Below, piece after piece: positions 58,005 through 64,000 of a stretch of 64,000 nt of DNA. The stretch is from Bdellovibrionales bacterium (lineage in GTDB: Bacteria; Bdellovibrionota; Bdellovibrionia; Bdellovibrionales; UBA1609): NCBI GenBank assembly GCA_965261545.1, contig CBDHDF010000010.1:192001-256000 (forward strand). Reading direction: 5' to 3'. The position numbers were made by a program, and so were the translations under genes. Position 1 is the stretch's first letter; each line of letters begins with the position of its first letter. Below the pieces are notes generated by a model. It searched no databases. It saw only the letters and a list, made by a program, of their open reading frames with translations, and was not told where the DNA came from.

Positions 58005-58212
58005 GAGGCTATATCCTACTTTCTCGGAGCCTAGGTCCAAATTTCCTAGGGAAGTAACGAAAAACTGGATGTACAGGTTATTTCTAAGATTTGTACATAA
58101 AAATACGGAGGACAGGGCTACCAAACCACTTGTGTGGAGAGCCCGCCGTTATCCACAAGACTCACCCACAGCAGCGCTGCTTTATTGTGGCTCCCGAGGG
58201 CCATAGCCGCAG

Positions 58213-58259
58213 CGTCGCCATGGATGAGTCTGTGGATAACTGACTCATCCATGGCGATG
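58213..58259. other. Perfect 16-bp stem-loop with a DnaA-box sequence in the loop
   Basis: TCGCCATGGATGAGTC-TGTGGATAACT-GACTCATCCATGGCGA; a second TTATCCACA at 58149-58157. Confidence 0.8.
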
Positions 58260-58380
58260 TTAGTATGGGAGGTGAATTGGAAAAAGGAATGTTGATCGAC
58301 AATAAAAATTATAGTGTATAAAAACGCTTGGGGAAACTTCCAACAATATCCAAATCCCCAGCTGTTAGCTGAAATTTTGC

Positions 58381-58424
58381 ACAATTAAAATGCTCCACCG
58401 TCGCCAATGAAAAGTGGGCATTTC
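58381..58424. repeat. IS21-like end remnant, copy 3 (partial)
   Basis: ACAATTAAAATGCTCCACCGTCGCCAATGAAAAGTGGGCATTT matches 42434-42475. Confidence 0.65.
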
Positions 58425-58452
58425 TCTCTGAGAAATAGATTCATCCTTAAAA

Positions 58453-59067
58453 TTACGATTTAAAGTTGAGCAATAGGGGATGAACAGCTCTGAGCTTCTT
58501 CTCGTTTAATTTTTTTATAATGGATATGCATTCGTCTTGAATATCTGTGACCAAAACGTCGGATTTCATGTGGTATTCAAAGTCCTCTGTTGTGAACCCA
58601 TAGGATTTTACAATATGTATTATTTTGGCTCTATAAAGCTCAATTCGGCCATTCTCAATCTGGCCAATGGTGTTCTTATGGTAGTTACAAATAAGACTGG
58701 CTTTGTATTGAGTCAGATTTTTGAGTCTTCGCAAAACCTGCAAGACCTGGACCTCTTTTGTAATAATCTTTTTGTCAAACCGGCGGTTCTTTTTGCTGTA
58801 ACTCACCTTTTCTTTTTTGTGACCAAACCTCTTTTTAATTTGTTCACTTTTGCCTTCACGACATAGCAAAAAGTCCTCATAGGTGAGCCCATAGGCTCTG
58901 GCTGTTTGTTTAATCCGGGGGTTGGTTATGACTGTCCTCCCATTTTCAAATTTCTCCACACTCTTGTGACTAACGCATAGCAATACACCTGCTTCTTTGC
59001 GACTTAGCCCTCGAATTTCACGCAATTTCCTTAAAGTGATCGCATCAACTTTTCCTTCGTTTCCCAT
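58453..59067 (-). CDS. Tandem double XRE-HTH regulator
   Basis: Two HTH_3 units: LRKLREIRGLSRKEAG...KFENGR and LRRLKNLTQYKAS...QIENGR. Confidence 0.85.
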   Translation of the reverse strand: MGNEGKVDAITLRKLREIRGLSRKEAGVLLCVSHKSVEKFENGRTVITNPRIKQTARAYGLTYEDFLLCREGKSEQIKKRFGHKKEKVSYSKKNRRFDKKIITKEVQVLQVLRRLKNLTQYKASLICNYHKNTIGQIENGRIELYRAKIIHIVKSYGFTTEDFEYHMKSDVLVTDIQDECISIIKKLNEKKLRAVHPLLLNFKS

Positions 59068-59395
59068 CTTTCCTCCTTGAGGCTATTATTTCTAGCCTCG
59101 GCTGTGCTAACACTTCACTAGCTCCGAAGTAGCAATTTCTGCTAGCGAAGTGCTGCGAATTTTTGTTAGAAAATTCAGTTGGTTAGAAAGAAAATGCTGC
59201 TACGATACCTTGAAAAAATGACTCTGCTACTCGGACAGGAAAAGAAACAGGGAAAAAAAGGAAACCTGGGAAATTTCGGGAAATTTAAAACAGAAAAGAT
59301 ATTAAACTTTGTGTTAACCTATTGAAACCATTCGTTTTTAATTTCAATAACTTACCTGGACTCGGTATGAGCGCTCTTCTAGCGTTAGAGTAAAC

Positions 59396-59472
<77 letters not shown>

Positions 59473-59888
59473 CATGGCGTTACTAAAGGCTACTTATATG
59501 ACTTTCTATTTTATCAAGCAAGTGCTATTTTTCATCATTAACTTAAGGTATGAGTCCCCGCAAAAGAAAGATTGCTTTCACTAACCTTAAATCGTGACTT
59601 CCCTTTCTCCAATTTCAATGCCCATCGGGGCAATGCGATGAATCAGCCTTCTAATGATCTTTAACTTAACTTCTGAGTAACCTCTCATGGGGGGGCCACC
59701 TCATGTTGGCAATCTTTTGAGATGTTGATTTGTCGCATCAGTTTAGTAAGGAAAGACCACATACATCTCTTTAGTGTCGTACACCCCATCTGGTGCTTCG
59801 CGTCAATCCCTGATTGCTTTGGTCAATCTCCTATTATATTGGTAGAATTTCCTTAAATTAATGTAAAATCTAACAAGGTCTTGCAATC

Positions 59889-60962
59889 ATGATGATTGAG
59901 TGCCCAAAATGTGGATTTACCCAACCTAAAGACAAATTTTGTGCCAAATGTGGAATTGACATCGATGTCTTTGAACCACAAAAATCTCAATTGTACAAAA
60001 AGCTGCTTAAAAGCAGCGTTGCTCAACTCCTTGTTCTTCTTGGCATTGTTATTGTCATGGCAACAACATACTTCCCTCAAAATAGAGACAATGTGCCTCT
60101 CCCTCAAGATGCATTTGTAAATATATCTCAAAAATCTCAATCCTCTCTCAAAGTCCAAGAAAATTTAAAGTCAGAGTCAAGAGCCACTACAAACTCCCCC
60201 TATCCCCCTTCCCCTCAGACGGCAACGGCAACGGCAACGAATGTAGAATCACTCACGGATAAAGAAACAAATCCTGCCTCAAAAACAGAGACTCTCCCTG
60301 TTACAAGAAGCGTAGAAACATCATCTTCTTCCAAAACTCTAAGTAAAAACTCGAAAGATGGAGGAGCAAAAACCTTCTCAAACTTTAACAAGTCTTCATC
60401 CAAAAAAACTATAAATGCTCTTCATGTCAGTTTTGTGGAAGTTCCCCAAATGGTTCTCAATGATGTTGTCTTTAGTCAGAAAGATGGTCTCCTTACCGAA
60501 GAATCCTATTTAAGAGTTGGGAAATACAAATTTAAATCACAATTAAGTAAAATCGTTCAGAAAATACCAGGACTCTCCTTTCTGCCAGGCACACGCTCCA
60601 AGAAACTTCCTATGTCTAGTGAAAAGCCTCTAACCTTTCAATTTGTCCATATGGTGGATGGAGAACCCCATGGACTTCAACTTGTTGTGTTTGCTCAAGT
60701 GAATCCAAATCAAGTGGTGCTTGGTCTTGAAGGCGAATTCAATATGAAAGCAATCTCTGACAGTAATATGATGAGTTACTCCTTTCAAGGTTCTTATAAT
60801 ATTCAGTATAACGAGATTCTTGTAATTGAACTTTCTATGCCTATACAACCCATGAGCGAGACCTACAGAAGTACTTTTGCCGAAACTCCTTTGTCCATTA
60901 TGAATCGTACGGATTTTCTGGAGGGAGTCACAAGCCTTGCTATTCTTGTTCAAGCACGCTAG
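59889..60962 (+). CDS. Zinc-ribbon membrane-anchored hypothetical protein
   Basis: CPKC...CAKC, one TM, Ser/Thr-rich linker, C-terminal globular domain. Confidence 0.75.
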   Translation: MMIECPKCGFTQPKDKFCAKCGIDIDVFEPQKSQLYKKLLKSSVAQLLVLLGIVIVMATTYFPQNRDNVPLPQDAFVNISQKSQSSLKVQENLKSESRATTNSPYPPSPQTATATATNVESLTDKETNPASKTETLPVTRSVETSSSSKTLSKNSKDGGAKTFSNFNKSSSKKTINALHVSFVEVPQMVLNDVVFSQKDGLLTEESYLRVGKYKFKSQLSKIVQKIPGLSFLPGTRSKKLPMSSEKPLTFQFVHMVDGEPHGLQLVVFAQVNPNQVVLGLEGEFNMKAISDSNMMSYSFQGSYNIQYNEILVIELSMPIQPMSETYRSTFAETPLSIMNRTDFLEGVTSLAILVQAR

Positions 60963-61149
60963 AATTACCCCTGACTTACTTGCATCCTTTTGATTTCATA
61001 GAAAAATCTATGGCCCGCTGCCAACTCTATTCCCTCTCACCACAGAAAAAGAGAGAGAAGGGGAGGCAAGTAGCAGAGGGGTGTGGTGAGTATCACCCTT
61101 GGACCAAAGAAGCAAGGCCATAAGATGTAAACGGAAAGGAGTATGTATT

Positions 61150-61677
61150 ATGGAGCCTCTCAACATTAAAGAATTTATTTCTGAGCAAAAGATTCAAGAG
61201 CGAATCCGAGAAATGGGGAATCAACTCACCGATAAATTTCATGGTGAACATGTGGTATTCATCTGTGTTCTTAAAGGATCCTTAATTTTCTTTGCGGACC
61301 TTATTCGCGAAATTCGACTGGATATGACCTGTGAGTTCTTAGGGGTTTCCAGCTACCAATCTTTTAAGTCCTCAGGCGAAGTCAAGCTTACTCTTGACTT
61401 AGCCACTCCCATTGAGAACAAGCATGTTTGCTTGGTGGAGGACCTTGCCGATACAGGACTATCTCTTAACTACCTCCAAAGGGCTTTAAAAAACCGTAAC
61501 CCTAAAAGCCTTACCACTGTGGTTTTTTTACGAAAACCCAATGCCATGAAGGTGGATTACTCATTGGATTACACGGGTTTTGATATTTCCAACAATTTTG
61601 TAGTTGGTTATGGTTTAGATTACAATGAATACTACCGAAATCTTCCCTATATTGCCAAAGTGGAAAATATTAATTAA
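61150..61677 (+). CDS. hpt: Hypoxanthine phosphoribosyltransferase
   Basis: VLKGS..FFADLIR, PRPP-binding VEDLADTGLSL, FVVGYGLDY..YRNLPYI. Confidence 0.96.
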   Translation: MEPLNIKEFISEQKIQERIREMGNQLTDKFHGEHVVFICVLKGSLIFFADLIREIRLDMTCEFLGVSSYQSFKSSGEVKLTLDLATPIENKHVCLVEDLADTGLSLNYLQRALKNRNPKSLTTVVFLRKPNAMKVDYSLDYTGFDISNNFVVGYGLDYNEYYRNLPYIAKVENIN

Positions 61678-61722
61678 GCGAAGGTCATTATGTCAGTTCA
61701 GTCATTTACGAAAGTTGATCCT

Positions 61723-62283
61723 TTAATTCAAGCTGGTCCATTTAATAGAACAACCCATGGAAGGGATGGGTTCAAAACCCAAGGTTGTTGAGTGCAAACA
61801 AGACTGAATAGCGAGGTCAAGCTCCTGCCTTTCCACTTGATTCGGGTCTTTCCAAGAATCGTCAAAGCGTCCACGATAGGCGAGCTTCCCATGGTGGTAT
61901 AAAAAAATATCAGGGGTACAAACCGCTCCAAAGGCCCGGGCGGTCACCTGAGTTGGGTCGTGGAGGTAGGGAAATGCGTAGTTTTTTTCTAACCACCTTT
62001 TTTTCAACTCTTCAAAGGAATCCTCAGGAGCATGAAGTGAATCATTGGAACAAATTCCAATGAACTCAACACGATCATCTCCCTGGTATTTCTTAGCTAA
62101 GGCAATGATACGGTCCTCAATGGCCTGCACATAGGGGCAGTGGTTGCATATAAACAAAAAGACAAGAACACTTTGATGGGAAAAATCCTCTTGTTGGTAA
62201 GTTTTTTTGTCCATACCCATGAGTTTAAAATCAGGGCAAGGTTGATCTATTTCAGTTTCAGGTGTGTATGTCAGCGCCATCAT
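61723..62283 (-). CDS. Thioredoxin-fold / AhpC-TSA-like protein
   Basis: FICNHCPYV, FPYLHD, GAVCTPD, YRGRFDD, SMGCSIKW. Confidence 0.9.
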   Translation of the reverse strand: MMALTYTPETEIDQPCPDFKLMGMDKKTYQQEDFSHQSVLVFLFICNHCPYVQAIEDRIIALAKKYQGDDRVEFIGICSNDSLHAPEDSFEELKKRWLEKNYAFPYLHDPTQVTARAFGAVCTPDIFLYHHGKLAYRGRFDDSWKDPNQVERQELDLAIQSCLHSTTLGFEPIPSMGCSIKWTSLN

Positions 62284-62474
62284 TTCTCCTAGGACTGAGC
62301 CTTTGTTTAGGTGAGGGTTTCATCCTTTACTTGTTATTATCCCCGATGAGCGGGTCATTATATCTTCAACATGCAAATATAATTTTAGTTTATTCTGAAC
62401 TTTTGGTTCTGGCTCCGTCAGGTTAGGTTTAAGAACCTCCACATTTTGCAAACCACCAATGAGCAAATGAAGAG

Positions 62475-63194
62475 CTACAACGAAGACCACGGAATCACCC
62501 CTGTATCGGTGATCAGACTACCCTGGTCATCGATTTCAATAAAGGGGTTGTGATTGAGAGGCCAAGCGTTGAGAGCTACCAATAAGGCTTCTCGGTCCTC
62601 TCGTGCCACATAACTGGCAGCCCCCTTACCCAAAGCCTCTTCAAATTGAATATACAGTTCAGCAAGAAATTGACACCAGTGAGGCTCCTCGATGGAAGCT
62701 CCCGTACCCAAGTGACTCGTTATATGAGTGGCCATCTCAATATGCTGGGGATGGCTGTCAATATTCATACCCAAGCCAATAATAAGGCGGTGTTCAGGGC
62801 CCTGTTGAATAGTTTCCACCAAAAGCCCTGCCACTTTTTTGTCCACCAAAAATAAATCATTGGGAGCTTTGAGACTCCACTTGAGGTTGGGCCACACCTC
62901 TTGGCAACTCTTAAAAAGAGCCAAGCCAACCAAAGGGGCCATAATATGCTGAGGGGGAGAGGACATTTTGTAAGACCATGAACTTAGAAAATTTCCCTCT
63001 GTATCTTCCCAAGAATTTATACAACGTCCACGCCCATGACTTTGTTGGTTGGCCAAATAAAGCTTAAAGTCGGATTTGGTCTGAAAGGCTTCTCTTCGAG
63101 CAATGTCATTGGTACTTGTTGTCGTTTCTCGAAACCACAGGCTCCAACCTTTGCTTCGAGCCCAAGCCATGGTGACTTTAGAAGTGTATTTCAT
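62475..63194 (-). CDS. birA: Biotin-protein ligase (class I, no HTH)
   Basis: STND, Q..GRGR..NSW, LKAPNDL..DKKVAGLLVE, IGLGMN. Confidence 0.9.
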   Translation of the reverse strand: MKYTSKVTMAWARSKGWSLWFRETTTSTNDIARREAFQTKSDFKLYLANQQSHGRGRCINSWEDTEGNFLSSWSYKMSSPPQHIMAPLVGLALFKSCQEVWPNLKWSLKAPNDLFLVDKKVAGLLVETIQQGPEHRLIIGLGMNIDSHPQHIEMATHITSHLGTGASIEEPHWCQFLAELYIQFEEALGKGAASYVAREDREALLVALNAWPLNHNPFIEIDDQGSLITDTGVIPWSSL

Positions 63195-64000
63195 AGAGAG
63201 GAATTTTCTCCATTATAAAGGTGATTGCTAAGATTATTGGAGCCATGGGAATTATGATAGCTATCAAAGCCGCCATAATTATCAAATTGCAAACTAAAAT
63301 CGGCACAGGGTGCCGAATGTGTGAGGGCTCCCACACTGATATAGTGAATACCTAAATCGGCGACACTGCGAACTCGCTCAATGGTCATATTACCGCTGGC
63401 CTCCAAAGTGATTTCGGCGGGAATCTTTCTAACACATTCCAACATTTCCCCATTGGACATGTTGTCCAAAAGAAGCCTTGTGGCCCCAGCTTCCACGGCC
63501 TCTTGAGCATCGAAAAGGCTTGTTACCTCCACTTCAATGGGGTGAATTTTTTTTTCTTTGACCTTTTGAACGGCCTTGTAAATACCTCCAGCCAAATCAA
63601 TATGGTTTTCTTTAATAAGGACAGTCTCACTAAGGTGAAGTCGGTGATTGCATCCTCCGCCATGACGAACAGCTCGTTTTTCTAGAGACCTATACCCAGG
63701 AGTGGTCTTGCGAGTGTCCAAAATTTGACACTGGGTTCCATCCACTTCCTTCACGAAGCAGTAGGTGAGACTCGCAATACCTGAGAGATGGCCTAGAAAA
63801 TTAAGAGCCACCCTTTCGGTTTGGAGAAGGGAGACAAGGTTTCCATAAATAATCGCCACCACTTGATCTCTATAAGCCATTTGACCATCTTCAAAACTCC
63901 ATTGAACTTGGGCTTTGGGGTCGAGGTGAAGGACTGTTTGTGTAAATAACTCCCTGCCCGACAGGATAATATCCTCCTTAGCCAACAGGCGAGCCGAGCC
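63191..64000 (-). CDS. nadC: Nicotinate-nucleotide pyrophosphorylase (quinolinate PRT), start beyond the window edge
   Basis: ERVALNFL, DTRKTTPG, NHR, LIKENH, EVEV, LLDNM, EASGN, ISVGALTHSA. Confidence 0.96.
   Translation of the reverse strand, partial: GSARLLAKEDIILSGRELFTQTVLHLDPKAQVQWSFEDGQMAYRDQVVAIIYGNLVSLLQTERVALNFLGHLSGIASLTYCFVKEVDGTQCQILDTRKTTPGYRSLEKRAVRHGGGCNHRLHLSETVLIKENHIDLAGGIYKAVQKVKEKKIHPIEVEVTSLFDAQEAVEAGATRLLLDNMSNGEMLECVRKIPAEITLEASGNMTIERVRSVADLGIHYISVGALTHSAPCADFSLQFDNYGGFDSYHNSHGSNNLSNHLYNGENSSL

Noticed and set aside
58140..58260. Chromosomal oriC
   Set aside because: Only two perfect boxes, inside an accessory island, with no dnaA, dnaN or gidA context.
59500..59880. 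Possible ncRNA between tRNA-Asp and the zinc-ribbon gene
   Set aside because: No recognisable tmRNA, RNase P, 6S or riboswitch motif; it cannot be supported by eye.

Overview
Most of this window is a large accessory island ending at the 3' end of a tRNA-Asp(GTC) gene (59396-59472, minus strand). Ordinary chromosomal genes follow it (zinc-ribbon protein, hpt, thioredoxin-like, birA-type ligase, nadC). From left to right the island has four parts. (1) An IS-riddled defence hotspot, 1-12.5 kb: IS110 with a structured upstream non-coding end (bridge-RNA candidate), orphan AbiEi, an IS66-truncated anti-phage dCTP deaminase, an IS21 remnant, a TIR protein, a group II intron relic and a MORC/GHKL-Z1-C5 methylase operon. 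(2) An ICE backbone on the minus strand, 12.8-34 kb: tyrosine integrase, excisionase, MOBP-type relaxase and MobC, putative oriT, and an F/PFGI-like T4SS. The T4SS is unusual in carrying a PilB/GspE ATPase and a coupling protein read in-frame into a TraU-like domain. (3) A divergent operon of NtrC-type activator, ankyrin lipoprotein and histidine kinase, with a sigma54 -24/-12 motif pointing into the tra operon. (4) Cargo flanked by IS21-like end remnants: a secreted HNH nuclease, a trypsin-like protease with about 16.5 near-identical 32-aa Cys-rich repeats that vary mainly at a few fixed positions, alpha-2-macroglobulin and PBP1C, followed by XRE regulators. Many genes are split by single-base indels, mostly in short homopolymers, which may be assembly errors. 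The host may be a Bdellovibrionota-like bacterium (weak inference). All family assignments come from motif recognition, not database searches.
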